Source: Nitrospinota bacterium (GTDB lineage: Bacteria > Nitrospinota_A > UBA7883 > JADGGD01). Taken from it: a stretch of DNA of 47,186 bases. The stretch is from NCBI GenBank assembly GCA_015229165.1, contig JADGCD010000002.1, forward strand, positions 1 through 47,186, read 5' to 3'. The notes below the pieces were generated by a model. The model was given only the letters and a program-made list of their open reading frames with translations. It searched no databases and was not told where the DNA came from. Positions within the stretch are counted from its first letter, which is position 1, and each line of letters begins with the position of its first letter. This document shows positions 1 to 9,972 of this stretch, piece by piece. Position numbers and translations under genes: made by a program.

Positions 1-251
1 ACCACGTTCCCTCCGGCGGAGAGGGACGAGCGCCCCAGCGGCGCTTCGGCGGTGACCCAGACCTGCGTTTGCGGAGGAACGGTGACAGTCCCCGCCGAGG
101 CGCGGCGGATATTGCCGAAGTCGTTGTTGCCGCCCAATACGCCGTCCCCTCCCGCGCTGTCGCAGGCGACGATCAACAGAGAGAAGAGAGCGAGCCCGGC
201 AAGGGAGGCGCCGCGAAATCGGGACTGAAGAAAGAGTTCTCGTAACATCAT
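1..251 (-). CDS. putative lipoprotein, N-terminal fragment (gene runs off the left edge)
   Basis: A minus-strand ATGATG at 246-251 opens a frame with no stop down to position 1. It reads MMLRELFLQSRFRGASLAGLALFSLLIVAC-DSAGG..., a signal peptide plus lipobox (LIVAC). It is absent from the ORF track because no stop lies inside the window. Confidence 0.5.
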   Translation of the reverse strand, partial: MMLRELFLQSRFRGASLAGLALFSLLIVACDSAGGDGVLGGNNDFGNIRRASAGTVTVPPQTQVWVTAEAPLGRSSLSAGGNV

Positions 252-342
252 GGGGAGGCTCTCGATTGGTTGTACGCTAGGACCCTCTGTGATTCTAATC
301 CATTTTACGGGCGCCCCGGCGCCGATCCGGGGATTTGCCCGC

Positions 343-371
343 AAAAAAACCGCCGACCCGAAGGTCGGCGG
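343..371 (-). terminator. Rho-independent terminator closing the nuo operon
   Basis: A perfect 9-bp GC-rich stem (350-358 CCGCCGACC / 363-371 GGTCGGCGG) with a 4-nt loop. On the minus strand it is followed by a 7-U tract (A343-A349). It lies 15 nt downstream of the nuoN stop. Confidence 0.85.
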
Positions 372-385
372 TCGATGAGAAGGGA

Positions 386-1843
386 TCAGAAGGAAAGGAA
401 CGCGGTCTTGGCGAAGGCCAGATACCCGGCCGGCATGACGCCGATGGCCAGAACGCCATAGACAGCGATGACCAGCGCCACCGCCATGGCCGGGCTGAAG
501 GGGGCCGTGGAGGCCTCCACGGCGGAGCCTTCTTCCTTGAGGTACATGTAGACGGTCAGCTTCAGGTAGTAGTAGACCGACACGACGGAGTTGAGGACAC
601 CGATGACGGCCAGCCAGACGAAGCCCCCCTCCAGCGCCGACATGAACAGATAGAACTTGCCGATGAACCCGGCCAGCGGGGGAATCCCGGCCAGCGAGAA
701 GATCATCATCGCCAGCGTCATCGCCAGCAGGGGACGCCGGAACCCGAGCCCGGCGAAGTCGGCGAAGGTGGTGTATTTCTCCCCTTTTCCCGCCACCACC
801 GAAACGACGGCGAAGGCGCCGATGTTCATGAAGGTGTAGATCAGCAGGTAGAAGAGGACGGCGCTGACCCCGGCCTCGCTGGCGACGGTGACGCCGACCA
901 GCAGGTAGCCGGCGTGGGCGATGGAGGAGTAGGCCAGCATCCGCTTGACGTTGTCCTGGGCGAGCGCGATGACGTTCCCCACGGTCATGGTGACCACGGC
1001 TAGCAGCCAGAGGATCTGCCACCAGTCGGCCTGCATGGCCGGGAAAGCTTCGGCGAAAACCCGGATGAAGAAGGCGAAGGCAGCCGCTTTCGGCCCGGCG
1101 GACATGAAGGCGGTGACGGGCAGCGGGGCGCCCTGATAGACGTCGGGGGTCCACATGTGGAAGGGGACAGCGGCGACCTTGAAGGCCAGCGCGATGAGCA
1201 TCAGCAGCATTCCGGCGGCCACCAGGGGGGCGCTGACCTGGCCGTGGGCGATGGCGGTCCCGATCTGGGCCAGCTTGGTGGCGCCGGTTCCGCCGTAGAC
1301 CAGCGCCATGCCGTAGAGCAGGAATCCGCTGGAAAGGGCGCCGAGGATGAAATACTTGAGCGACGCTTCGTTGGAGGCGAGCCGGGTTCGGGTGTACCCG
1401 GCCAGAACGTACAACGCCACCGAGAGGGTCTCGAGCCCGAGGAAAAGGGTCATCAGGTCGGCGCCGGACGCCATGAAGAACCCGCCGACGGTGACGAAAA
1501 GCAGCATGGCGTAATATTCGCCGCTGTCGACGCCGTTGTCTTCGTTGTAGCGCATCGACATGAGAACCGTCATCCCGACGGCCAGCAGCATGATGAGCTT
1601 GAAGAAGGTGCCGAAGTTGTCGACGACGTACGACCCGGCGAAGGTGGAGACCGGGTCGCCCACCAGCCGGGTGGTCAGCAGGGCGGCCAGCAGGATCCCC
1701 CCCAAGGCGAGGTAGCCCAGGTGGTCGCGCCCCTTGTTGGCGGCGAAGACCTCCAGCATCAGCAGGAGGATCGCGGTCAGGGTGAGGGTGATCTCCGGCG
1801 CGATGGCCGAAAGGCTGATGTCGGGAATCTGAATGTCCATCAT
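386..1843 (-). CDS. nuoN: NADH-quinone oxidoreductase subunit N
   Basis: A 485-aa polytopic antiporter-like protein of the ND2/NuoN type. It is the last gene of a collinear nuoA..N string. Confidence 0.93.
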   Translation of the reverse strand: MMDIQIPDISLSAIAPEITLTLTAILLLMLEVFAANKGRDHLGYLALGGILLAALLTTRLVGDPVSTFAGSYVVDNFGTFFKLIMLLAVGMTVLMSMRYNEDNGVDSGEYYAMLLFVTVGGFFMASGADLMTLFLGLETLSVALYVLAGYTRTRLASNEASLKYFILGALSSGFLLYGMALVYGGTGATKLAQIGTAIAHGQVSAPLVAAGMLLMLIALAFKVAAVPFHMWTPDVYQGAPLPVTAFMSAGPKAAAFAFFIRVFAEAFPAMQADWWQILWLLAVVTMTVGNVIALAQDNVKRMLAYSSIAHAGYLLVGVTVASEAGVSAVLFYLLIYTFMNIGAFAVVSVVAGKGEKYTTFADFAGLGFRRPLLAMTLAMMIFSLAGIPPLAGFIGKFYLFMSALEGGFVWLAVIGVLNSVVSVYYYLKLTVYMYLKEEGSAVEASTAPFSPAMAVALVIAVYGVLAIGVMPAGYLAFAKTAFLSF

Positions 1844-1858
1844 GGGAAACCTTGCGTT

Positions 1859-3439
1859 TTAAAGCCGGCTGTTGTGAATATCGTTGACGACCACCGTCCC
1901 GTCGGCCACGGCCTGGGGAACTTCCCGCTGCGCGGGCAGGTACTCGGCCACGGCCGCCTCCCCTTTGACCTGCTTGATCAGGTTGACCACCGTCGGCTCC
2001 ATCATCTTCAGGAAGGGGGTGGGAAAGACCCCCATGATGAAGATGAGCGCGATGAAGGGGGCGAAGTAGGCCATCTCCCGAAGGTTCATGTCCTTCAGGT
2101 TTTCGTTTTCCTTCTTGGTGATCTTCTGGAACATCACCCGCTGGAACATCCAGAGCATGTAAATGGCGCCCCAGATGACGCCGGAGGTGGCGATGACGGT
2201 GAAGATCGGGTATTCGCCGAACGACCCGGCGAGGATCAGGAACTCGCCGACGAACCCGTTGGTGCCGGGCAGGCCGATGGAGGAGAGGGTGACGATCATG
2301 AAGACCGTGGCGAAGATCGGCATGACCTTGGTGATCCCGCCGTACTCGGAGATCTCCCGGGTGTGGCGCCGCTCGTAAAGGACGCCGACGGCAAGGAACA
2401 GGGCGCCGGTGGAGACGCCGTGCCCGAGCATCTGCATGATGGCCCCCTCGACGGCCGGGACGGTGAGGGCGAACATCCCCATCATGACGAAGCCCAAGTG
2501 GCTGACGGAGGAGTAGGCCACCAGCTTTTTGATGTCGCTTTGGACGGTGGCGACCCACGCGCCGTAGAGGATGCCGACGACCGACAGGACCATGATCCAC
2601 TCCACCGAGGCCAGCGTGGCGTCGGGGAACATGGGCAGCGAGAACCGCAGGAAGCCGTAGGTCCCCATTTTGAGCAGGATGCCGGCCAGGATCACCGATC
2701 CGGCGGTGGGCGCCTGCACGTGGGCGTCGGGCAACCAGGTGTGGAAGGGGAAGACCGGCACCTTGATGGCGAAGGCCAGAAAGAAGGCGAGGAACAGGAT
2801 CATCTGGGCCGACGGGCTGATGGCCAACCCGTGGTAGGCCAGGATGTCGGTGGTCCAGACGCCGGTGACTTCGTGCTGGTGGTAGTACATCCAGATGATG
2901 GCCACCAGCATCAGCACCGAACCGAACATGGTGTAGATGAAGAACTTGACGGCGGCGTAAATCCGGGCGGCGCCCCCCCAGACCCCGATGATGAAGTACA
3001 TCGGGATGAGCATGACCTCCCACAGGACGTAGAAGAGGAAGAAGTCGAGCGCGCAGAAGACGCCGATCATCCCGGTCTCCAGCAGGAGCGAGAGGATCAT
3101 GAACTCCTTGACGTGCTTCTCGATGGCCTCCCAGGTGGAGGCCATGCAGATGACGCAGGTGAGGGTGGTCAGAACCACCAGCAACATGGAGATGCCGTCG
3201 ACCCCCATGTGGTAGCTGACGCCGAACTGGGGGATCCAGTCGATCTTCTCCACGAACTGCATCTCGTGGGTCGGTTCGAACTTGAAGATGAGGGGAAGGG
3301 AGACGAGGAAATCGACCAGGGCCGTCCCGAAGGCGACCCCCCGGATGAGCCCCCGGTTTTCCCGGTCGATGAGGAAGATGACGAACATCCCGACCAGCGG
3401 AATGAAGGTCACCAGCGAAAGAAGCGGAATGGAGTTCAT
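1859..3439 (-). CDS. nuoM: NADH-quinone oxidoreductase subunit M
   Basis: A 526-aa antiporter-like membrane subunit (ND4/NuoM family) positioned between nuoL and nuoN. Confidence 0.93.
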   Translation of the reverse strand: MNSIPLLSLVTFIPLVGMFVIFLIDRENRGLIRGVAFGTALVDFLVSLPLIFKFEPTHEMQFVEKIDWIPQFGVSYHMGVDGISMLLVVLTTLTCVICMASTWEAIEKHVKEFMILSLLLETGMIGVFCALDFFLFYVLWEVMLIPMYFIIGVWGGAARIYAAVKFFIYTMFGSVLMLVAIIWMYYHQHEVTGVWTTDILAYHGLAISPSAQMILFLAFFLAFAIKVPVFPFHTWLPDAHVQAPTAGSVILAGILLKMGTYGFLRFSLPMFPDATLASVEWIMVLSVVGILYGAWVATVQSDIKKLVAYSSVSHLGFVMMGMFALTVPAVEGAIMQMLGHGVSTGALFLAVGVLYERRHTREISEYGGITKVMPIFATVFMIVTLSSIGLPGTNGFVGEFLILAGSFGEYPIFTVIATSGVIWGAIYMLWMFQRVMFQKITKKENENLKDMNLREMAYFAPFIALIFIMGVFPTPFLKMMEPTVVNLIKQVKGEAAVAEYLPAQREVPQAVADGTVVVNDIHNSRL

Positions 3440-3476
3440 CGTGTCCTCTTACCCGTTGACAGCGTACCGGCGGCCG

Positions 3477-5441
3477 TCAGCCGCCGATGGAAAAGACCCA
3501 AATGACCGCAAGCAGGAGCCCCCCGGTCACCATGACCAGGGCGTAGTTGCGGGTGGAGCCGGTCTGCATGGTGCGGGCGCCCGCGCCCAGTCCGGCGAAG
3601 AAGGCGGCGACGGCGTTGACGAAGCCGTCGATGATCTTGACGTCGACGATCTTCCAGAGCACCGTCTTCCAGAGCCAGAGAAGGGGCATGACGAAGACCA
3701 CTTCGTAGATCTCGTCGACGAAATACTTGCGATTAAGCACGTAATGGACGAACGAGATAACGCCCCCCTTCTTCGACAGCGCCTCGGCCTTTTCCGGGTG
3801 GGCGCCGTAGAAATACCACGCGATCAGGATGCCGATGACGCCGGCCGCCACCGACAGGGTCATCAGCCCCACTTCGAGGGCGACCGAGGGGTGCGCGGCA
3901 TGTTCGCCATGACCGAGGGTCATGCCGGGGACTTCGGACAGGAAGTTGTGCAGGACGTGGGCGTGCTCGCCCAGCAGCCCCTGGGGCAACCCCAGAAGCC
4001 CGCCGACCAACGCCAGCCCGGCCAGCACCACCAGCGGGCCGGTCATGCTGGGGGGGGATTCGTGCACATGGTCGCGGACATGGTGGTCTTCCGCCCGCAG
4101 CTCGCCGGGGAAGGTCATGAAGTAGAGCCGGAACATGTAGAAGGCGGTGATGAGCGCCGCCACGGTGGCCATCCCCCAGAAGACCTTGTGGGCGGTCTCG
4201 GGCCCGAGGAAGGCCGACAGCAGGATCTCGTCTTTCGAGAAGAACCCGGCCAGCGGCGGGATGCCGGCGATGGCGATGGTGGCGATCAGGAAGGTGCCGT
4301 GGGTGAGCGGCATCAGCTTTTTGAGCCCCCCCATCTGGCGCATGTCCTGCTCGCCGCTCATGCCGTGGATGACCGAACCGGAGCCAAGGAACAGGCAGGC
4401 CTTGAAGAAGGCGTGGGTCATGACGTGGAAGGCGGCGGCGACGTAGGCGCCCACGCCAAGCGCCAGGAACATGTAGCCGAGCTGGCTGACGGTGGAGTAG
4501 GCCAGCACCCGCTTGATGTCGTACTGGTACATCCCCATGGTGGCGGCGAAGATCGCCGTCAGGGCGCCGATGGCGGCGACGGTCATCATGGTGGTGGGGG
4601 CCATGTTGAAGAGGGTGGCCGACCGGGCCACCATGTAGACGCCGGCGGTGACCATGGTGGCGGCGTGGATGAGGGCGGAGACCGGGGTGGGGCCTTCCAT
4701 GGCGTCGGGAAGCCAGGTGTAGAGCGGCAGCTGGGCCGACTTGCCGGTGGCGCCGATGAAGAGCAGCAGGGTGATCATGGTGATGGCCATGCCGCCGACC
4801 GCCCAGGTGTCGTGGGCCATGCCGAAGACGGTGGTGTAATCGATGGAGCCGGTGTCCTTGAAGATCCACATGATGGCCAGCAGGAAGGCGAAGTCGCCGA
4901 TCCGGTTCATCACGAAGGCTTTCTTCCCGGCGTCGGGGGCCGACTTGGTCTCGTAGTAGTACCCGATCAGGAGGTACGAGCAGAGCCCCACCCCTTCCCA
5001 CCCGATGAACATCACCAGGAAGTTGTTCCCCAGCACCAGCAGGAGCATGGAGAACATGAAGAGGTTCAGGTAGGTGAAGAACCGGGGATAGGCTTCTTCA
5101 TGGCTCATGTAACCGGTGGAGTAGACGTGGATCAGGAAGCCGATGCCGGTGACGATGAGGAGCCACGTGCCGGAGAGGGGATCGACCTGGATGCCGGCCT
5201 CGGCGGTGAAGGCGCCCGACTGGATCCAGGTGTAGAGGACGCTCTCGTACAGCCGCGAGCCTTCGGGCAGGGAGAGGAGGTTGAAGAAGGCGATGACGGC
5301 GATGAGGAACGAGAGCCCCGTCGACCCGATGGCGAACAGGTTCGTCACGCAGCGCGGCCAGAGGAAGCCGAAGAGGCCGTTGGCGATGGCGCCGATCATC
5401 GGGAGAATCGGCACCCACCAGATATGTTCAAGTCCCCACAT
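3477..5441 (-). CDS. nuoL: NADH-quinone oxidoreductase subunit L
   Basis: A 654-aa protein of the ND5/NuoL family with a long C-terminal extension. Its position in the operon fits. Confidence 0.93.
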   Translation of the reverse strand: MWGLEHIWWVPILPMIGAIANGLFGFLWPRCVTNLFAIGSTGLSFLIAVIAFFNLLSLPEGSRLYESVLYTWIQSGAFTAEAGIQVDPLSGTWLLIVTGIGFLIHVYSTGYMSHEEAYPRFFTYLNLFMFSMLLLVLGNNFLVMFIGWEGVGLCSYLLIGYYYETKSAPDAGKKAFVMNRIGDFAFLLAIMWIFKDTGSIDYTTVFGMAHDTWAVGGMAITMITLLLFIGATGKSAQLPLYTWLPDAMEGPTPVSALIHAATMVTAGVYMVARSATLFNMAPTTMMTVAAIGALTAIFAATMGMYQYDIKRVLAYSTVSQLGYMFLALGVGAYVAAAFHVMTHAFFKACLFLGSGSVIHGMSGEQDMRQMGGLKKLMPLTHGTFLIATIAIAGIPPLAGFFSKDEILLSAFLGPETAHKVFWGMATVAALITAFYMFRLYFMTFPGELRAEDHHVRDHVHESPPSMTGPLVVLAGLALVGGLLGLPQGLLGEHAHVLHNFLSEVPGMTLGHGEHAAHPSVALEVGLMTLSVAAGVIGILIAWYFYGAHPEKAEALSKKGGVISFVHYVLNRKYFVDEIYEVVFVMPLLWLWKTVLWKIVDVKIIDGFVNAVAAFFAGLGAGARTMQTGSTRNYALVMVTGGLLLAVIWVFSIGG

Positions 5442-5548
5442 AGGTTCTCAGCCTGTCTTTTGAATGTCGTAACGGTTCGTGTTGCAGTTGGCGACCGCCG
5501 CGCGGCCCCGGCTTCGTTCTCCGTCCGCCGTGGGCGAACGGTTCGCTC

Positions 5549-5854
5549 TCAGCCTTTCAGCGAGGCGATCTGGTCGATGTCGATGGTCTCCCGGTTCTTG
5601 AACATGGCCAGCACGATGGCCAGCCCCACGGCGGCTTCGGCGGCGGCGACGGCCATGACCATGAAGACAAAGACGTGGCCGGTCATGTCGTTCAGCTCGC
5701 GGGCGAAGGTGATGAAGGCCAGGTTCCCGGCGTTGAGCATCAGCTCGACGCTCATCATGATGACGATGACGTTGCGGCGCGTCAGCACCCCGACCACGCC
5801 GATCACGAACAGGATCGCCGACAGGGCCAGGTAGAAGGTGGCGGTGATGACCAT
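5549..5854 (-). CDS. nuoK: NADH-quinone oxidoreductase subunit K
   Basis: A 101-aa, three-TM, ND4L-like protein ([28 protein letters not shown]...). Confidence 0.92.
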   Translation of the reverse strand: MVITATFYLALSAILFVIGVVGVLTRRNVIVIMMSVELMLNAGNLAFITFARELNDMTGHVFVFMVMAVAAAEAAVGLAIVLAMFKNRETIDIDQIASLKG

Positions 5855-5867
5855 GGTGTTCTCTCTC

Positions 5868-6368
5868 TTAGCGAAGCTTCGTTTTGGTCAGGATGACCGC
5901 CCCCACCAGGGCCGCCAGCAGCAGGACCGAGGCGACTTCGAAGGGGAGCAGGTAGCTGGTGTAGAGAATCTTCCCGACGCCGGCGGTGGTCCCGAAATCG
6001 GCGGGGGCCTCCGGGGCGTGGGCGACGTCGGCGACGCTGAAGAAGGCCATGACCGGGGTGATGACCGGGGTCAGCCCGAGGATGGCGACGATTTGCCACG
6101 TGGAGTTGCGGGTGGTGGCCCGCCCCTCCTTCTCGCGCACGTTGAGCAGCATGATGACGAAGAGGAACAGGACCATGATGGCCCCGGCGTAGACCAGCAC
6201 CTGCAACGCGGCGATCAGGTGGGCGTCCTGCATGGCGAAGAGCGCGGCCAGCGCGAACATCACCACGATCAGGTTGACGGCGGAGGTGACCGCCTGGCGG
6301 GAGATCACCATGCCGATGGCGCCCCCGATGGCCACGGCGGCGAACGTCATAAAGAGTATCGCTTCCAT
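5868..6368 (-). CDS. nuoJ: NADH-quinone oxidoreductase subunit J
   Basis: A 166-aa hydrophobic ND6-like protein located between nuoI and nuoK. Confidence 0.9.
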   Translation of the reverse strand: MEAILFMTFAAVAIGGAIGMVISRQAVTSAVNLIVVMFALAALFAMQDAHLIAALQVLVYAGAIMVLFLFVIMLLNVREKEGRATTRNSTWQIVAILGLTPVITPVMAFFSVADVAHAPEAPADFGTTAGVGKILYTSYLLPFEVASVLLLAALVGAVILTKTKLR

Positions 6369-6401
6369 TTCTTCTCTGTCGTCTTCGCTTTGGGCGGGTC
6401 G

Positions 6402-6983
6402 TTATTGGTAGCGGGCCTTGGAGAAGGCGTTGTTTCTCAGGAATGCGAGGCGTCGGGCGAGCGAGGCTTCGGGCCGAAGGAGCCGCTCCTTGTCGTAGAG
6501 CATCTCGCCCCGGTCGTAGGTGCAAAGCTCGGCCCAGTCGTCGCTCATGACGATGGCTTCCTTGGGGCAGACCTCTTCGCAGCGGCCGCAGAAGATGCAC
6601 TTGGCGCCGTCGAGGGTGTAGGTGGTGGGATACCGGTCGCCGTTGTCCCGCTCGGCCCCGACGATGCTGATGCAGTGGGGGGGGCAGGCGGCTTCGCACA
6701 GTCCGCAGGCGACGCACTTCTCCAGCCCGTTGGCGCCCCGCACCAGCACCGGCCGCCCCCGATAGGCCACCGGCGTCACCGGCCGCTCTTCGGGATAGTA
6801 GAGGGTCATGATGGAGCGCTTGCTGCGTCCTCCGCCGAGGGCGAACTCCTGCGTCAGCGTCTTCATGTTGTGGAAGAAGTGACGGGAGGTGATCCACATC
6901 CCCCGGAGGATCTCCGGGACGAAGGAGCGCTCCCAGAGGGTCAGCTTCGGCCCCCGTTCGATCTTCTTTATGGTAATCGCCAT
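6402..6983 (-). CDS. nuoI: NADH-quinone oxidoreductase subunit I (2x[4Fe-4S])
   Basis: A 193-aa protein starting MAITIKKIERGPK (ATG at 6981-6983). It has two ferredoxin motifs, CVACGLCEAACP and CIFCGRCEEVCP. The ORF-track entry 6402..8195 is over-extended at its 5' end. Confidence 0.92.
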   Translation of the reverse strand: MAITIKKIERGPKLTLWERSFVPEILRGMWITSRHFFHNMKTLTQEFALGGGRSKRSIMTLYYPEERPVTPVAYRGRPVLVRGANGLEKCVACGLCEAACPPHCISIVGAERDNGDRYPTTYTLDGAKCIFCGRCEEVCPKEAIVMSDDWAELCTYDRGEMLYDKERLLRPEASLARRLAFLRNNAFSKARYQ

Positions 6984-7087
6984 ACCCAGTCCGTTCGTTT
7001 CGTTTCGTCCGTTCGTTTCGCCGAAAGAATCCTGGCCGGTTTCTTTCAACGTCGCCCCCCAGGCCCGTGGCCGGAGGGGCTCCCCCG

Positions 7088-8176
7088 TTACGCCGGGGTG
7101 GGCATCAGGCCGGTGAGGATGGCCACACCGACGAAAAGGATCCAGACCAGCGACAGGGGAAGGATCATCTTCCACCCGAGCATCATCACCTGGTCGTACC
7201 GGAACCGGGGAAGGGTCCACCGGATAATCATCTGGATGAAGATCAGGACGCAGACCTTGACGAGGAACACCGCCACGCCGAAGAGCATGGCCAGGATGTT
7301 GCCCAGGTCGCCGCCGCCGAAGAGGGCGACGAGCCCGGCGTCGCTGATGAAGGCGCAGTGGTGGCCGCCGAAGAAAAGGACCACGCACAGGGCGGAGATG
7401 GTCACCACCTCGATGAACTCCGCCGTCCAGAACATGATGAACTTCATGCCGGAGTATTCGGTGAAGTAGCCGGCGACGATCTCGGATTCGGCCTCGGGGA
7501 TGTCGAACGGCACCCGCTTGTTCTCGGCGATGGCGCAGGCCAGGAACAGAATGAAGGCGGGCCACTGGTAGATGATCCCCCAGTTCCAGAAGCTCTCCTG
7601 CTTGGCGACGATCTCCACCAGCGACAGCGACTGGTAGTACATCAGCAGGCCGATGATGGTCAGCCCCATGGTCACTTCGTAGGAGAACATCTGGGCGGCG
7701 GCGCGAAGCCCGCCGAGCATGGACCAGTTGTTGTTGGAGGCCCAGGCGCCGATGACCACGCCGTAGGTGGCGACGGAGGCGATGGCGAAAACGAACAGCA
7801 ACCCCATGTCGAGATCGGCCACCACCAGATTGACGGCGTGGCCGCCGATCTCGTAGGTTCCGCCGAAGGGAATGACCGCCATCCCCATGAGGGCGGGGAT
7901 CAGGGCGATCATCGGGGCGAGCCGGTGCATGGTGACGTCGGCCCCCCGGGGGACGAAGTCTTCCTTGAAGATCAGCTTGAGGGCGTCGGCCAGCGAATGG
8001 AAGAGGCCGATGACGGTGAACCCGAAGATGTCCGCCCGGTTGGCGCCGATCCGGTCCTGCATGACGGCCGACTGCTTCCGCTCGACCCACGCCAGCACCG
8101 GGGCGAAGAAGCCGAGGTTGATGCCGATGACGAACGCCAGCTTGGCCCCCGTTTCGAGAATGGCGGCGGTATCCAT
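7088..8176 (-). CDS. nuoH: NADH-quinone oxidoreductase subunit H
   Basis: A 362-aa protein starting MDTAAILETGAKLAF, ND1-like and polytopic. Its ATG (8174-8176) overlaps the nuoD stop as TAATG. The track ORF 7088..8530 is over-extended. Confidence 0.92.
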   Translation of the reverse strand: MDTAAILETGAKLAFVIGINLGFFAPVLAWVERKQSAVMQDRIGANRADIFGFTVIGLFHSLADALKLIFKEDFVPRGADVTMHRLAPMIALIPALMGMAVIPFGGTYEIGGHAVNLVVADLDMGLLFVFAIASVATYGVVIGAWASNNNWSMLGGLRAAAQMFSYEVTMGLTIIGLLMYYQSLSLVEIVAKQESFWNWGIIYQWPAFILFLACAIAENKRVPFDIPEAESEIVAGYFTEYSGMKFIMFWTAEFIEVVTISALCVVLFFGGHHCAFISDAGLVALFGGGDLGNILAMLFGVAVFLVKVCVLIFIQMIIRWTLPRFRYDQVMMLGWKMILPLSLVWILFVGVAILTGLMPTPA

Positions 8177-9384
8177 TAGCGGTCGCACTCCCCACCGATG
8201 AGGTTGATCATGTCGAAGGTCGGGATCAGGTCGGCGAGCATCGACCCTTCGATGAGGTATTTCACCGAGCTGGTGAGCTGGAAGCAGGGGGGGCGAACCC
8301 GGCATTTCACCGGATGGCCGCTCCCGTCGGAGACGAGGTAGAAGCCCAGCTCGCCGTTGGCGCCTTCGACGGGGAAGTAGACCTCCCCGGCGGGGACCGG
8401 GACGCCGTTGATCTCGTTCTTGAAGTGGAAGATCATCGACTCCATGTCGGTGAAGATGTCGTCTTTGGACGACTGGCGCCACTGGGGATCGTTGTGGTTG
8501 ATCGGCCCTTCGGGCATCTTCACGAGGCACTGCTCGATGATGCTCATCGACTGCTGCAGCTCGTACATGCGGACCATGAACCGGTCGTAGTTGTCGCCGG
8601 TGGTCCCGACGGGGATTTCAAAGTCGAGCCGGTCGTAGACCAGGTAGGGGTTGGTCTTGCGGATGTCGTAGGCGACGCCTGCGGCCCGCATGCAGGGGCC
8701 GCTGTAGCCCCACGCCTTGGCGTCGGTGGCGGAGATGCCGCCGACGTCCCGCATCCGGTCGACGAAGATGCGGTTCTTGAGAAGCAGCTTGGCGAACTCG
8801 TCCCACAGCTCCCGGTTCTTCGCGAAGACGGTGGCCACCCGGTCGCCGAACCCGGCGGGAAGGTCGGCGGTCAGCCCGCCGATGCGGACGTAGTTGTGGG
8901 TCAGCCGGGCGCCGCAGACCTCTTCGATGAGGTCCCACAGCAGTTCGCGGGCTTCGACGAAGTAGAGGAACGCCGTCATGGCGCCCAGCTCCAGCGCACC
9001 GGCGGCCAGACACGTGTAGTGCCCGCTCATCCGGGCCATTTCGCTCATGATGACGCGGATGTACTGGCACCGCTCGGGCGCCTCGATGCCGATGAGTTTC
9101 TCCACCGCCAGGGCGTAGCCGACGTTGTTAAGGACGCTTGCGGTGTAGTCGAGCCGGTCGGTGTAGGGGAAGACGCCGGTCCAGGTCTGGGCCTCGCATT
9201 CTTTCTCGAAGCCCCGGTGGAGGTAGCCGACCTCCACGTCGATGCGGCTGATGATCTCGCCGTCGAGGTCCACGAGGAACTTGACGGTTCCGTGGGTCGC
9301 CGGATGGGACGGGCCCATGTTGATCGTCAAAAGCTCGGTGTGGTGTTCCGAGTGGAAGTCGACGTTCGGTTTCTTGTCGGTCAT
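8176..9384 (-). CDS. nuoD: NADH-quinone oxidoreductase subunit D (49-kDa subunit)
   Basis: A 402-aa protein with ...LTINMGPSHPATHGTVKF... and C-terminal ...GGECDR, typical of NuoD and NiFe-hydrogenase large-subunit relatives. Confidence 0.95.
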   Translation of the reverse strand: MTDKKPNVDFHSEHHTELLTINMGPSHPATHGTVKFLVDLDGEIISRIDVEVGYLHRGFEKECEAQTWTGVFPYTDRLDYTASVLNNVGYALAVEKLIGIEAPERCQYIRVIMSEMARMSGHYTCLAAGALELGAMTAFLYFVEARELLWDLIEEVCGARLTHNYVRIGGLTADLPAGFGDRVATVFAKNRELWDEFAKLLLKNRIFVDRMRDVGGISATDAKAWGYSGPCMRAAGVAYDIRKTNPYLVYDRLDFEIPVGTTGDNYDRFMVRMYELQQSMSIIEQCLVKMPEGPINHNDPQWRQSSKDDIFTDMESMIFHFKNEINGVPVPAGEVYFPVEGANGELGFYLVSDGSGHPVKCRVRPPCFQLTSSVKYLIEGSMLADLIPTFDMINLIGGECDR

Positions 9385-9405
9385 CTTCGTCGCTTTTCGT
9401 TTCGT

Positions 9406-9963
9406 TTAGTTGCGCGGCCCGATCAGCGGCTGGCGGGCGGTCTTCTCGTAATCTTTGCGCAGGGGATGCCCCTGAAAGGCCTCGTACAAAAGGATGCGGC
9501 GCAGGTCGGGGTGGCCCCGGAAGACGACGCCGTACAGGTCCCACGCCTCCCGCTCGAGCCAGTCGGCGCCGACCCAGAGGGAGGTGACGGAGTTGATCTG
9601 GGGGGTGGCGGCCGCGAGAGGCGCCTTGACCCGGATCCGGTGGTTCTTGCCGACGGAGTAGAGGTGGTAGACCACCTCGTAGCGGGCGCCGCTCTCCTTC
9701 AGGTAGGGCTGCAGCGGGGCCGACGCGGGGCGGACCCCTTTCTTCGTCCAGTAGTCGACCACGGTGACGTCGAGGATGATGTCGAAATCGAGCGCCGGGT
9801 CGGACTTGAGGAAGTCCATGACGGTCAGGATTTCGTCGGCCCGGACGACGACGGTGTCGTCTCCCTTGAAGCTGTGGGTGAACAGGAGGGTGTCCCCTTT
9901 CTGGAAGCGGGCCTTGACCCGCGCCATCAGCGGCGACTCCTTGGCGGTCTCTTTTGCGCTCAT
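9406..9963 (-). CDS. nuoC: NADH-quinone oxidoreductase subunit C (30-kDa subunit)
   Basis: A 185-aa protein located between nuoB and nuoD, with ...WLEREAWDLYGVVFRGHPDLRRIL... typical of NuoC. Confidence 0.92.
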   Translation of the reverse strand: MSAKETAKESPLMARVKARFQKGDTLLFTHSFKGDDTVVVRADEILTVMDFLKSDPALDFDIILDVTVVDYWTKKGVRPASAPLQPYLKESGARYEVVYHLYSVGKNHRIRVKAPLAAATPQINSVTSLWVGADWLEREAWDLYGVVFRGHPDLRRILLYEAFQGHPLRKDYEKTARQPLIGPRN

Positions 9964-9972
9964 CTCGTTTCC

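Noticed and set aside
1157-5834. Very long plus-strand ORFs (1157..3505, 782 aa; 3282..5834, 850 aa) opposite nuoN/M/L
   Set aside because: Their translations are low-complexity Gly/Asp/Glu/His/Arg/Pro-rich strings with no motifs. They lie antisense to unmistakable Nuo membrane subunits. This is the typical stop-codon-poor shadow frame of high-GC DNA.
6984-7087. Repeated CGAAACGAA-type strings in nuo intergenic spacers (6988-7019, also 9385-9405)
   Set aside because: These are short A/G-rich strings just upstream of start codons. They are most simply explained as unstructured translation-initiation regions, and the evidence is too little for a distinct element.
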